Source: the human T2T-CHM13v2.0 reference genome, Homo sapiens
Direction: 5' to 3' (one strand)
Assembly (NCBI RefSeq): GCF_009914755.1
Contig: NC_060937.1
DNA length: 64,000 nt
Of the stretch, positions 1 to 15,130 are shown in pieces. Under the pieces are notes generated by a model, which was not told the DNA's origin, made no database searches, and saw nothing but the letters and a program-made list of their open reading frames with translations. Each line of letters opens with the position of its first letter. Within the stretch, counting starts at the first letter, position 1. The translations under genes and the position numbers were made by a program.

Positions 1-394
1 ACCAGTTTCATTCCTGGGAAGCTATTCTAAATAATAGAAATACATAATGATATAATTTCATAAGAACATATATATACAATGTTCATTATAGCATTATTCA
101 TACAACTAAAATTCTGAAACATAAATAGGGAGATGTTTTAATCCATCTTTATCATAAAATATTATGCAGCCCTTAAAAAGAATAAATTACCGCAAAACCG
201 TTCAGTTGGTTAGGATTTCCTTGATGTATTTACTGAGAAAAATCTAGGTGCAGAAAAATGTATAACACTGCATTTCTGTGACTAATATTAATAAACAATG
301 ACAAAACTATGTATATACATAGGTATTTGTATATGTATATTAGTGGGTGTATGTGTTTGTCTACAACATTAGGTTGTTAACATGGAGTACTTAG

Positions 395-600
395 TATGGT
401 TGGAAGGAGGGAGTAAGGGAGGGAAAGAAGAATGGGAGGAAGGAAGAAAAGGGAAGAGTTAGAGTTATAGAGTTAAAGCAAGGAAGGAAGGAGGAAAAGA
501 AAGAAGGAAGAGAAGGAAGGAAAGGAGAAAGAAAGGAAGGAGGAAGGGAAGGGAAGGGGAAGGAAGGAAACAAAAGAAAGAAGAGGGAGGGAGGGAACAG
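395..600. repeat. GA-rich (GGAA-like) low-complexity tract
   Basis: Nearly pure purine run of ggaa/gaag units. Confidence 0.9.
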
Positions 601-3600
601 AATTATTTTAAAAACGAGCATGTATGCTAAGGTCCCCTTTTATGTTCTCTTTGTGGAATATAAAATCTAAAAAGAACACCGGGCTGGCGCTAGGGGAGCT
701 TTCAGCTCATTTTCATCAGACCTGACTTCCTACCTTTTTGTTCCTGTAGCTACTATCTCCCGCCAGCAATAATTTTCCACTGGGCACACTGGGAGAATTG
801 TTTTCATCTTTCCAGCCTGTTAAATAAATACAGGAGCGCCATGTTCTTGAGCGCGCCATTTGCCAGGTTGTGTTCGTGCCACAGAAACGAAGAGGCCGCT
901 GTACAGCCATTTTACCAGGCAGTTTAATATATCTGCCAGTTATTATACCAGCTTCATCATGTTAAAGTCCTTTAATGAATCAAAAAAAGAGCAATCTATA
1001 CAATTGAACTTCTGAATTGCTGCATTTCCCTTAATGCCTGGAGTTTTAGCACATTAAGAAGGGAAGCAGGGATCTGTGACTGTAAAAGGCTTTATGTGAT
1101 CACTTGTTACTGAGAATGCCAATAAAACCCTAAAACCAAATCTTCCAGACTTTTCGGGGGTCATGTAACTCACTTGGGAACTAAAGAGAGGCTGCAGGGA
1201 GTGCTGCTACTTCTCCAGGCTACTTTACCTTCAGTCAACCCTCTTCCCCTGATTTTCTCCCTCCTTGTTGGGCCATTATCTGCTAGGATTCCTTGACAAA
1301 AGTCTTATGATCTTTAAAGACCATCTCTCCTCACTGATACATCACATGGTTCGTTTAAATCCACTGTTACCTTAACTAACCATTAAAGCAAGTATAGCTT
1401 TTAAATGACCCTTGATACAGACCTTTGAGTGCAAATTCAGTGTTCTCCAAGCGAATGGGAGGGTAGGAGAGGTCTTAGGGCTCATTCCTTTCACTTCACG
1501 CGGAGTGCTGCAGCCTTTTCTTCAATAAATGCTCTCATATCAAACTCCCTCCTTGCTTGCCTTTACACTGAGATGAACTTTCTTTTGGTATTGGGAACAG
1601 AAAATGATTCATTTAATCACTTTGATACTTACCTAATGTGGAAAAGTGGAGGTTCAAGATGGAACATTTGAGAAGAAACCTTTCATAGTTTGTCCTCTAA
1701 AATAGAAACAGTCTTTTTGAGGTTTTGGGCTTCTCAGAAACTGTGCTTAGCGTGCCGCTCAGAACAGCTCTGTTCCTGTAGAGATGGGTGATTGTGGGAA
1801 AGTAATTTCTGGAAGAATGGCCACATTAAACAATAACAACAATAGACTCCCTGGTGAATTTTGCCACTTTGTGTGACCCCCTTCTTCATCTAAATTTCAG
1901 AGATGTTAATGCACCAATAAGAAGAACGGCTACCACAATTTTAATTTGCATGATGATGCTCTGAGCACAAGTTCTTTGAAAATAGCTGGATTTTGAGGTT
2001 GTGGTTTCCACCAGCACTCGTGTTCATGAGTCCCTTTGCTGGAGCTTGGCGTGTGCCCTCGGATGTCCATTCTTGAGGACTCTGCCTTCCTTATGGGCTC
2101 CTTTTTTTGAGAATGCCCAATCATGCAAATGTTCAATATGGTTGGAAAGAGACATTCTTTAAAACTACTTTTGGCCTGGCTAAGGTATTGCCTGATGACT
2201 CGGAGGGAGGCACTGGGGTGGAGGCGGGGCTGGAAGAATGCTTTCTGTGACCTGGAAGCCCCATGTATGGAGGTCCTGGTTTTGTTCATCTGTCTACCCC
2301 CCAATCCCCTCAGCCCCGCTTATACCTGGTGCTCTGCTCTGAGATCCAGAAATAGTTTCTGAGCCTGCATACACATTTTCTCTCTATGAGCCTCCCAGTG
2401 TGGGAGCAAATTCATAATCAGACGGTTTCCCAGTGAGCACAGAACAGAATTAAATGAGGCAAGGGTGAGACGCCTGTGGCCTCTGTTTCCCCAGGGAGCT
2501 GCAAGGACAGGGAACCAGGCTCTGGAAGCCCATGGCCCAGGCAGGTCTCAGGCGGGCATTTCAACTTTCGCCTCTTGTCCTTTCCTGCGGTTCCAAGACT
2601 GACCATCTGCCCCTGTGGCAGAACATTCTTTGTGGTTTTATGGAACTAACTTCCCGTCATTCTGAACTGGGAGTCGTCCTGTCATTTCGAGGTAACTGCA
2701 CTTTTTTGCTCAGCCCCCCGTGTGTGCCTCTCAAAGGTTTACTGCCTTTGCATGCTTAAGTATGAGGGGTGTCCTAGTGTCCCCCACCCCTACCCTGGTC
2801 AGTACTGGAATGCGTTCACTTGCTTCTCTTTTGTTCTCCTTGGTTAAATCTATTGATGATCAGATCACATTGAAGCTGTGTTCATTTAGCACATTCTCTT
2901 CTTCATTCACAGGGGGAATCTATAAAAACAAGATAGAGCACAAATAAGGATAAGCCCAGGCCCAAGTGGATTTCAGAAGAGGGTCTAGGAGGCAAGAGCA
3001 GGAAGATGCTCTCCATCTCCCCTCATTGCTTTATAAGAAACCACTTGCCAAATAGCCAGTGTCCCTTGGCAATTTATAAAAGTGATAAACCATTGCAATT
3101 CCTCCGGTTTAAAAAACATACCAGTCAGTAAGAAGCCACAGCTTTTCTATATGCTCACAGCTTCCTCCATGGGTGAGGGGATGGTCTTGGGCTGGGGTAC
3201 CACAAAGGGGGTGGGAGCATCTGTCTGGGGCATGAGCAGGAAGGGTTCATTATTGCATCACCTGAGATCATTTAAAAACGTTAAGAACACCGACTAAACT
3301 TTGAACTGCCTTTTATTATCACTATGAGCTGGCAATTCTAAATAATTTAGTGATAAATCATTCTTCCGCAGTAAAATAGTTTATTGTCCTAAGTTGTGAT
3401 GAATTACTGCAGTCACTGCTGAATTGTGAGAGAATACATGCAAACTTCATATTAGCATATTTTATTATTGATTATTTAATAAACACTTCAAAAGCCAACA
3501 AGGAGGTTAATTTAGAGAACCTCCTCCTCATAGTCAGTCCTTGACACAAGCAGACTCAGCTACATGGGTTTGTTTCAAGAGTAAGTAAGACTAAGAGTAA

Positions 3601-3827
3601 GTCAGAGTTTGGAATTATTCTGTTTTGCTGTGGGCATAATTCAATTCCAGTTTCCAATCCCTGTGATTTTTTAAAACTGTCAATTTGAAATAAACAGGGA
3701 CAACATAGTGATTGTAAAGAGGAAGAACCAGAACTTGAGTTAATTGAATTCTATCATTTAATGTGATCACTTGGAACTTTTATTTTTGCTTAAAGTTTAG
3801 AACTGTGAAGGATATTGAGAAGGCACT

Positions 3828-4043
3828 TCACACCCACCGAGAGGCTCTAATCCAGAAGACTGACAATAACACGAGTTGGGGCGGATTTGGAGAAAGTTGA
3901 ATCCTCACACATTGCTGGAGGGGGTGTAAAATAATGCAGCCACTTTGGAAAATAGTTTGGCGGTTCTTTAAAACGTTAAGCAAAAATGTACCATATGGTC
4001 CAGCCATTCCACTCCTAGGTATCCACCCAAGAGAAATTAAAAC
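3828..4043 (+). mobile_element. Old L1M fragment (ORF2 C-terminal region)
   Basis: Contains cattgctgg...tgtaaaa...cagccactttggaaaatagtttgg...ccattccactcctaggtat, typical of L1. Confidence 0.8.
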
Positions 4044-4049
4044 CCACCC

Positions 4050-4195
4050 TTGGAATCACTCTCAGTCATTTCTGCTATATTCTATTGTTAAGCAAGTCTC
4101 TAAATAAAGCCCACACTTAAGGGAAGGAAAATTAAGCTCCACCTCTTGAAGAGAGAGCATCAAATAATTTTTGGACGTATTTTTAAAACACCACT
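4050..4195 (-). mobile_element. Old MLT1 (MaLR) LTR fragment
   Basis: Contains catttctgctatattctattg...gctccacctcttgaagagagag...tttttaaaacaccac. Confidence 0.6.
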
Positions 4196-5453
4196 TCCTC
4201 TTAACCATTAAGTTTTTTTCTACATTTTTTTAGCAGGGGAGATTTTTATGGCTGGAAAGATGAGAATGCTATAAATAAGAAATAATTTTCCCTTCCTTTT
4301 GTCTTCTATTGACATTATATCATGTCAGGTAGAAGCCTATTCCTTCCTTCTGTTTATTCTTGCATAAATATGGCTTTTAAAAGTCTAATTTTATTATTTA
4401 AAAAATGTTTTGCATCCTCAGAACGTCTCTGAAAACCTCAATGCATTTTTGGGCTTCAGGCATCCTGAGGTCACTCTTAGAGGCTATGCCCATCTTTTGC
4501 ATTTGTACTTGGTATTCTGCCCAATTTTCAAGAAAGAAGACATAATTTAGTGCCATTAGATATTACTGTCAGGGACCCCAAAATGCTGAAATCTTGATCA
4601 CCTCTTCTCAGTCCTTCCCACTAGGCTCTGAAGAATCTCTATGCACAAGAACAATAGCAGAATGGAGTCAAAAGACATCTCTATTAATAGCTGTGCAAAT
4701 GTCAGAGAACTGCAGTAAAAGGCAAGTAGTCTTTCACTCCTCAGCTTGCATGGGCCAGAGGGCTGGGATGGCAGATTCATCTGTACATGAGGCTTTACTC
4801 ACTGGCCCAGCTGTGTGCCCACAGGAGCTACACTATGTGTGACACCTGGCAATGCTGTGCTAATAATGTGCTGTGCAAACAATGCCATGAACCCCAGTGA
4901 ATCACCTTAGCATCTTCTCTCTCCCAGTGGGGTGCTGGGGAGGGCAGAAGTTGCATGGCTGAACAAGAAGTGGAAGATGTCCCTGCAAATGTGCCCCGTC
5001 ACCTTTTTAGGGCCGGCGCTCATCAGAAGTCATGCTGTGCAGGCTCCTGGCCCTTAATGTTTTCTTCATGATGGAGATTCTTTGCAATTATATTCCTCAT
5101 TTCACTCTCTAGAAGATCCATTCAGCCTAATTCTGCCCTGGGTCTTCCTGAGTTCCACTCTGGGTGGTTCATCTCATTGTCCTGCCATAGAGGAGCCCTC
5201 CTCACTAAAGTCAGCAAACAAGTAAATACCACATTGCCTGGAGTTCAGTCCCAGTTGAGTGATGATTTCAGGGAAGTCTCTCATCCTTTCTGTGCCTCAA
5301 TTTACTCTTTTAAAAAATACAAATAGTATGGACTTGTGAGGACTGATACATAAATTGTATATAATATCAAATTATATGGATATATGTGTGTACATATACA
5401 TGTGTATATGTATATGTCTATATATAGATAGGAAAATTCCCTGGTATATAGCA

Positions 5454-5826
5454 GGTATTAGTTCTCATGCTGCTAATAAAGACATAACCAAGACTGGGTA
5501 ATTTATAAAGGGAAGAGGTTTAATTGACTCACAGTTCAGCAGGGCTGGGGAGGCCTCAGGAAACTTACAATCATGGTAAATCACATGGCGGCAGGAAGGG
5601 GAAGAATGAAGAATGAAGAAAAGCGCGGAGAAAATGCGGGCAAAAGCCCCTCACAAAACCATCAGCTCTCATGAGAACTCACTCCCTATCACGAGAACAG
5701 CACAGGGAAACCACCCCCATGATTCAATCACCTCCCACGAGTTCCCTCCCCCAACACATGGGGATTACAATTACAATTACAATTCAAGATGAGATTTGGG
5801 TGGGGACACAGAGCCAGAGCATGTCA
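5454..5826 (-). mobile_element. THE1 (MaLR) solo LTR
   Basis: Runs gtattag...tgctaataaagacata...gactgggtaatttataaag...tgggtggggacacagagcc...tca. Confidence 0.92.
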
Positions 5827-8800
5827 GCATGGAATTGTTGCTGTCTGCTCACTTTTTCCTTAATGGAGATTTTGTTCCATGTATGGTAGGTAATGATCTG
5901 AGGCAGGAAGACAAAGAGCAGATAGCATTCAGGGCCTCAAAAGATTCCCCTAATGTGTACAAACATACTAGATCTGAAGTTCTGGTTCACCATGGTTCTT
6001 CCTCATTAAGCCGCAGATTTCCACTTGGAAAATTCATTGGTAAAGTGCCATGCCTGCTTGCTGCTGGTAGGATTTTCTTATTGTCCAGCAGTATGCAAGT
6101 ATTCAGCCCTCAGTCTCTCAGAAGAGGGGTCTGAATTCCCTTGTTCCGGGGTTGTGACCTTAACCTTGTCCTGAGATTTATAGCCCCAGAGAGGCTCTCC
6201 TCCTGATTTACTTAGTTCCTGATGTCACTTTGAGCAGTTTAGTTCCAATCTCTGCAGAACATCTTGACTATGGAATGTGGGAACACGACGAGCTGTTTGT
6301 TTTATACTCCCAAATCCTTGAACAAAAGTTACAGAGTGTTTTTCTATCTTCTCAGAGGAAGAAGGCCCCTCTCCCATTCCCATTCAGTTCTACCAAGCAG
6401 CAGCTGTTGCTGTGTGTACTGTGTTTAAAATCCCTTTGTTTTATGCAAAAGTATTCTGCTTGATGCCTGCTTTGCAATAATCTGAGCCCTGTACAGTAAT
6501 CTAGTTATGAGGACTAGAGGACTTAAAAGTATGAACTTTGAGATGTATGGGGAAGATTAGGACAGCCACAAGCCTTCTGAAAATTGAGCAATGCAGTCAA
6601 ATAATGGCTGTATTTTGTTTGAAATGCTGCATAGCTGGTTTGATGTTTGCATTGGGTTGGCTGATGTCTTTTGTGTTGTGTGCATACCCTAGTGGGCTTA
6701 TACTGGAATCCCTGAAAACTGGCAGAAAACGAAATAAAAATGTGCCCTCCTTTGCCATTTCCAATTTCTTTTGAGTTGGGCATTCTGTTTTTTGTGGTTC
6801 TAGAAGAGAAACATGGTTCTGGAGCCTGTGGTTCTTTTGTGTGCCGCCCCAGGCTCAGCCTCACAGACAGAGGCTCCAGCAGGGGCCGGTGATGGATGAT
6901 GGTGTTTCCCGCTAGTGGCTGCTCTTTAGAGAACATATTTAATTTCGGATGACTGGATAGTGTATTTCTCCCAAGTGATTTTGAATTGCCCATCTCCAGG
7001 AAAGACAGGACTCTTTATCTGTGGCTTCTAACTACTCATCGTAGGATTGATTATTAGGCCTGTTTCCTCTTACTTTAATATGTAGATGAGGTAGCAACAG
7101 AGAAATTGGAGGACCACAAGGAAAACCAAGCAATAGCACAAAAATCCAGTTGTTCTATATTTTGGTCCAGTGCACCCTGGTTGGGTGCTTCCTCATACAA
7201 CATCTTCAGCTTGTGTCTGTTTAGAGATGTGCTCCCTTCTCCCTGGGCTCTCACCTCTGTCAGGTGATGTGGGCATTCTCTGAGGTCTTCCTTGGGCAGG
7301 AAGTTTCTGACAAAGCTGAGCATTACGGTATTCACTCAAAGTGTATACCACACACAATCTTGGGCATTTCTTCAGTAAATGCTTGATGGGCTTGGAAATC
7401 TGAAACACAAAGGCATTAGGGATTCTTCCACAAGAAAAGGTGGGATTTGGGGAATCCGGAAGAATATAAGAAGAGGAACATGAGAAGGGAATACGAGAAG
7501 AGGAACAAAGTGAAGGAAGGGTCATGTCAGCAAGGCTGCCAGGAAGAGCTCTTCTGAATTCAAGACAAATTTCTCCTCCCCAGACTGTCCTGGAAATGCG
7601 CAGCTCCCCACCCTCCCAGGAGAAGGAGGGACCTGTGCAGGCAGAAATGCTTCTGCCCAGCCTAATCATCTTAGAAGACAAGGTCAGGTCGACTCTCAGG
7701 TTTAGGCTTTTGTATGTGGTCGTATAATTTCAGGCTGTTCATTGTTCCAAAAATAGCTCCCACCTACCTGCTGATGCCTGAAATCCATGTAACAGGAGAC
7801 AAAGCCTCTGATTCCCAATAAAGAGATAAAAGGCTTAATTATGCAAATATGTAGTGAAATAGTTCTGTCTGAAACTCATTCATATTAAAATGTCATCAGT
7901 CAGCGTTTCAGCAGGTGGGATGACTGATACACACAGAAACGGGGTTCTGGAACAGGGTGGTACTAAAGAGAAACTTGCTCTACCTTGCTGGGAGGACAAG
8001 GTCCCAGCAAGGGAAGGCAGTGAAGCCACAAGTACTACCCACTTTTGCAGGGCTGGTGGTGGCTGGCTTTCCGACTATGCCTGTAGGAAACCAGGGGGTG
8101 GTGTTTCCTATGAGGTAACCGGATTTAGGGAAATGAATCAACGCAAGTCCATTGTGTGATTATCTTCTGGAATCAGAGGGTCCAGCCACACCCTATAGAT
8201 AAGTAGATGGAAGTAGCTCTTCTCCCAAGGTGAAGTGATACATTTTTCCTGCCATCACATTCTATGTTTCTCATATTATGAAGACGTGGGGGAACTCTGC
8301 CTTAGAGTGAGGTGGGCTTGGGATCACTGGGGCCCTTGCTTCAAGGTGAAGTGCTCACTCCTTCTCAGCATGGAGGATGAGCTGATAGAGGGGATGGCAG
8401 GACAGGCCGGATAGATAAGAGCCTCCAAAGCCAGGTTTGGGTGAATGGGCTCGAAGAGGGGCCACCTTTATTAGCAGCTTTAAGTTATGCTCCACTTCTA
8501 ACACGCTTCTAGTGTGTTAGTTGAGTCTTATTAGCAGTGACGGCCTAGTCTCAGGTGTGCTGTGGGGATTTAACATACCTACCTACTCAGACCAGCTCCA
8601 CAGAGAGATGTCAAGGGGAGAATCAGGTCTCCTCTCAAAGCCTGGTCAGTGTTGAGAGAGCAGAAGGGAGATATGCCCAGCAGGCAGTGAGCTGACAGGG
8701 TCATTGGCAGCAGGGGCAGTGGTGACGGGGTGGGTGATGAGGACAACAAAGCTGATCCACAGGGCCTGCTCCTGGGCACACGAGAAGTGCTCATATGAGA

Positions 8801-9183
8801 ACTCTCTGAAGTATCTGGTGGCCATTGGGACATGCCAATTTCTGGAAATCAGGACAACCAATGACTTCCCCATTATCATTAGGCATAACAATTAAATGGA
8901 GTGGCCTGGGACATGTGGTGTTCTCACATCTGTGCATCCCTTGCTGGCCCTGCTTTCTGACTGCCCGGGAAGATGTAGCCGTCCTTTATCAGCAAGGACA
9001 GTTCTCAGAGGACGCATGTGTCTAAGTTGCTGAACTTCTTTTTCTTCACAAGACATAGGTGATCAGCAAATCGATTAATTGATAATTCCCACCAGTGTAG
9101 TTTTAGCAATTTGAGTGGAGTGGAAGGAAATGAAAACTCTGACAGGGTGTAGTTTTGAATGGGATCTCTGTAGGGTGTTTCCT

Positions 9184-9445
9184 CACCATCTTACCCAAAA
9201 CTGCAACTCTCCCATTGCCCATCTCTTTCCTTTTGTTTTTGTTTTCCTATAGAGCTTACCTGGTCAATTATTTATTTAGGTTTTTTTTGGCTGCTTTCTC
9301 CACTAGATCATAAGCTCCATGAGGACAGGGAATTTTGTCTGTTTTATTCCCTCATTTTATTCATCTTTTTATTCACTGAATGCCTAAGATAAGTATCTAG
9401 CACACAATGAGTGCTTCATACGTGTTTATTGAATGCGTGAAGGAA
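9184..9445 (+). mobile_element. L2 3' end fragment
   Basis: Contains taagctccatgaggacaggg...agcacacaat...gcttcatacgtgtttattgaatg. Confidence 0.75.
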
Positions 9446-9531
9446 GCAAATGTTCCTGTTTGTTGTAAACAGGTGTTCAGCATGTGCTAGTTTCAGAAAC
9501 AATCACAGTTAACTTTTTAGAAGACCAGCTT

Positions 9532-11230
<1,699 letters not shown>

Positions 11231-11562
11231 CTTCTATCATTGTTATGTCCTGTTTAACAAACTGGTTCATTTTAACAAACGCTTATAGAATGATGCAGCA
11301 GAAAAGGTCCTAACACATGAAGTTTCCAAGTTAATTGAGGCATGATCCATGCCCTTAAAAGTCTATAGCCTAGCGGGAGAGTTAGGCTATCAGTGACCTA
11401 TGACCCACCAGATAGGGAGGTCAATGTAGTCACTGGGGACATGAAGGGGTGGCTGGGCATCACTGGATCATTAAGTACATGGTCAGGAATGACACCACTT
11501 AAGTGAGTAAAGTGATATACCCCCAGCCTTGGGCACTGATCATTTCCTTGGGTTTCAGACCT

Positions 11563-14500
11563 TATATTAGTTAGGGTTCTCTAGAGAAACAGAACAAATA
11601 GGAGATATATGTGGAGATTTACTATGAGGAATTAGCTGACATGATTTTGGAGATGGAGAAGTCCCATGACCTGCTGTCACCAAGCTGGAGATCCAAGAAA
11701 GCTGCGGTTGTAATTTGGTCTGAGTCTGGAAGCCCGTGGAAAGCCAGTGATGTAGATCCCAGTCTGAGGCAGGAGAAGATGGCATGAGACATCCCAGCTC
11801 AAGTAGTGAGTGAGGAAAAAATGGGCAAATTTCTCCTTCCTCTGCCTTTGTTTTATTAGGGCCCTCAGTGGTTTGCAAGTTGCTCAACCACATTGGGGAG
11901 AGTAATTTACAATTGACCCTTGAACAATGTGGAAATTGGAGGCATCCACACCCCTGCACAGTTGAAAATTTGCATGTAGACTCCTCCAGAACTGAACTAC
12001 TAACAGCCTACCATTGATCGGAAGCTTTACCAATAACATAAATGGACAATCAACAAATATTTTGTATTATATGTATATACTGTATTCTTAAAATAAAGTA
12101 AGCTAGAGAAAAGAAAATGTTAAGAAAATCATAAGGAAGAGAAAATATATCTGCTATTCATTTAGTGGTGATGGATCATCATAAAAGTCTTCATCCTCAC
12201 CACCTCCACATTGAGTAGACTGAGGAGGAGGAGGAGGGTTTGGTCTTGCTGTCTCAGGGGTGACAGAGGTGGAAGAAGTGGAGAAGGTGCAAGAGGAGGT
12301 AAGAGAGACTGGCACACTCAATGTAACTTTATGAAAATACATAATGACTTCTGTTTGACTTTTTTTTTGCTTTTTCACTTCTCTAAAAATGTTTCTATAT
12401 GGTATCAATCCTTCTTCCACCATTTGCTTTAGTTTCAGTGACCATTTCACAGAAAGGTCCATCTTGCAAAAGAAGTCAAAAGCAGTCTTAAATAAGCAGA
12501 ACTCTGCTAGGTTGTCTGTATGCATTTGTTTTCTGTTGCTGCTTCTATGTCTCCTTCCTCATCAGCTGGCTTGGAAGCACTCATCTCCATCAAGTCATCT
12601 TCTGTTAATTCCTCTCATGTGGTGTCTGTTAGCTCTTGAACTAATCCAAGATTTTGAAACCCTTCACCCCCCCCACTTTTTTTTTTTTGGCCATATTCTC
12701 AATCTCTTTCATGATTTTCTTGATTGGCTCTGTCATAAACGCGGTGAAGTCATGCACAACATCTGGACACTGTTTTCTCCAACAGGAATTCATTGTTTTG
12801 AGCTTGATGTATTTCATGGCCTTTTCTGGAACAACAAAAACATCTTAAATGGTGTAATACTTCCAGATTTTCATGATGTTCTCTCTAGAGGGGTTTTCTT
12901 ATATAGCATTGATGATCCTTTCATATAGTACCATGTTTAATGAGCCTTAAAGGTCCTTATGACCCCCTGATCTAGAGGCTGAATTAGAGACATTGTGTTT
13001 GGGGGCAAGTAGACAAATTTTGATGCCTTCAGTGTCGAACTCATTGTGGTTCTGGGTGGCCAGGGGCATTGTCTAATATCAAAAGAACTTTAAATGGCAA
13101 TCCCTTACTGGTAAGTTACTTCTGACTTCAAGACAAAGCATTAGTGGTACCAATCCAGTAAAAGAGTTCTTCTTGACTAGGCCTTGTTTACAACCAAAAT
13201 GCTGGCACCTAATGTTTATCATTTCTCTTCAAGGCTTGAAGTTAGCAGCTTTCTAGATATGGGAAATCCTGATCATAAACCCAAGTGCGTTTGCCAAAAC
13301 AATAGAGTTAGCTTATCCCTTCCTGCATTAAATTCTGGTGCTTATTTGTCTTTCTTAATAATATTAATAAATGTCCTTTGCATTATTTTTCTCCTTAATA
13401 GAGCACTTTCATCTGCATTAAAAACCTTTTCAGGCAGATATCCTTTCTTCTCAATGATTTTCTTAATGACATCTGGGAACTCATCTGCTTCCTCTTGGTC
13501 AGCAGAAGCTGCTTATCTTGTTATCATGACGTTTTCTAAGCCAAACTTTTTTCTAAAATTATCAAACCATCCTTTGCTGCCATTAAATTCTCCAGGTTTA
13601 GATCCTTTGCCTTCATTTTGTTTTAAGTTATCATATAATAACTTTGCTTTTCCTCAAATTATATTAAAGCCTGTAGGTATGTCTTTCTTGTAGCAATCCT
13701 GTACACACATAAAAGCTACATTTTCAATATATGATTAAAAGGTATTTCACTAAAAGTGCTATTTTCATGTCTTGCTGGTATAGCTGCAGCCACAACTTCA
13801 TGAATTCCCTTTTCTTTTCTTTCTTTTTTTTCACAGTGGTCCTTTCACTGGATTCATTTATCTTCAAATGATGGGCACCCACAGCTGCAGACCTTAATTT
13901 ATGGTACATAACAAGAAATTCAACTTTTTCTTGGAATGTCATGACTTTTCTCTGCTTCTTAGGAGCACTTCCAGCATCACTAGTGGTACTTCGTATGGGT
14001 CCCCTGGTGTTAGTCAAGGTTTACAATATTGCACATTGAAAAACACTTAAGAACTGCAAGTGATTACTTTTTATTGTGATATGCATTTTACTGGAGAGAC
14101 AAACTACTCACATGGAGATGATGAGCATCACATGGAACTTTAAGAAGTTCTTGTAACACTTGAGTTCACTGAAATAGCAACAAGAGGTGGCTATGAAATT
14201 ATTACAGTAGTATATTATGTACTACAATAAATTTTATGCAATTGTGATTTAATATTGCCTCTTTGTGTTTACATTTCTCTCAGTTGGAAATGACACCATG
14301 TAAGTCTGTGTTTGTGTGCACATTTTGATAAATTATAACCTTTAATAATTTATTGGTATATATTTTATGTTAGGAAATGATAACATAGACTAGTATCTAC
14401 ATATATTTTATGAATTCATGAATACCTAACTTTTTAAATATTTCTAGGCTACACGGTCTGTGAGTTTTTTCAAATTGTTACAAATCTTCAAAAATTTTTA

Positions 14501-14704
14501 CAATATACTTGTCAAAAAAAATCCACATATAAGTGAACCCATACAGTTCAAACCTGTGCTGTTCAAGGATCAACTATACTTTACTGACTCTGTCTACTCA
14601 AATGCTAATCTCATCTGGAAACACCCTCACAGATATACCCAGAAACCATGTTTAATCTGGGCACCCCATAATCTACCAAAGTTGACACAAAATTAACGAT
14701 CACA
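11563..14704 (-). mobile_element. MLT2 (ERVL) solo LTR, split into 11563-11909 and 14577-14704 by Tigger2
   Basis: Starts tatattagttagggttctctagagaaacagaac and ends aagttgacacaaaattaacgatcaca; TSD GACCT at 11558-11562 and 14705-14709. Confidence 0.88.
11910..14576 (-). mobile_element. Near-full-length Tigger2 (TcMar/pogo) DNA transposon with a decayed transposase
   Basis: TIRs CAATTGACCCTTGAACAA / TAGTTGATCCTTGAACAG, TA TSDs at 11908-11909 and 14577-14578, 2.67 kb long. Relic ORF 13724..14017 (PKKQRKVMTFQEKV...INESS) is a pogo-type HTH. Confidence 0.92.
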
Positions 14705-15130
14705 GACCTATATATATGCCCAGATGCTGCTGGGCATCTCCACCTGGATGGTTCACAGTCACCACAAGCATTGTGTGATCAGAGCTCATTTGGCCATCCT
14801 TTCTAACCTGGCTCTCTCCCTGCTCTGCTGCCCCCCACGAATCTGCTTCTCCTCTTCTTTGTCTCTATATCAGTTAAATAATTTACCACAAAGTTTTTCC
14901 AAGCTAGAAGATCCAGAGTCATTTTGAGATAATTCCTTTCCCCCACCATTTCAAAACAAGCTAGTATATAGATCTTATTAGTTCTATTATAGCTCTGAAA
15001 TATGTTTTAAAAGCTATCCACTTCTTTGCCCACAAGCATTTTTCACCTAGACTGTTACAACAGTCTTTTAATTGGATTCACAGATCACTCTGCCCTTCAT
15101 CATGCCAGTCCATCCTCAACAAAACCACTA
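14705..15130 (+). mobile_element. L2 fragment (continues left of the MLT2 at ~11520-11562)
   Basis: cagacct|atatatatgccc...ggcatctccacctggatg resembles the L2 consensus. Confidence 0.6.

Noticed and set aside
391-621. 76-aa F/P/S/L-rich ORF
   Set aside because: It is a translation of the GA-rich low-complexity tract.
680-702. Possible CTCF site ggcgctaggggagc
   Set aside because: One G short of the core spacing; poor match.
1930-9025. Assorted 60-160 aa intergenic ORFs
   Set aside because: No recognisable domains or coherent splice structure; lengths are as expected by chance.
12154-14017. ORFs suggesting an active or domesticated transposase (TIGD-like gene)
   Set aside because: Sense-strand pieces are short and broken by stops and frameshifts. 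The 169-179 aa plus-strand ORFs are antisense shadows of Tigger2.
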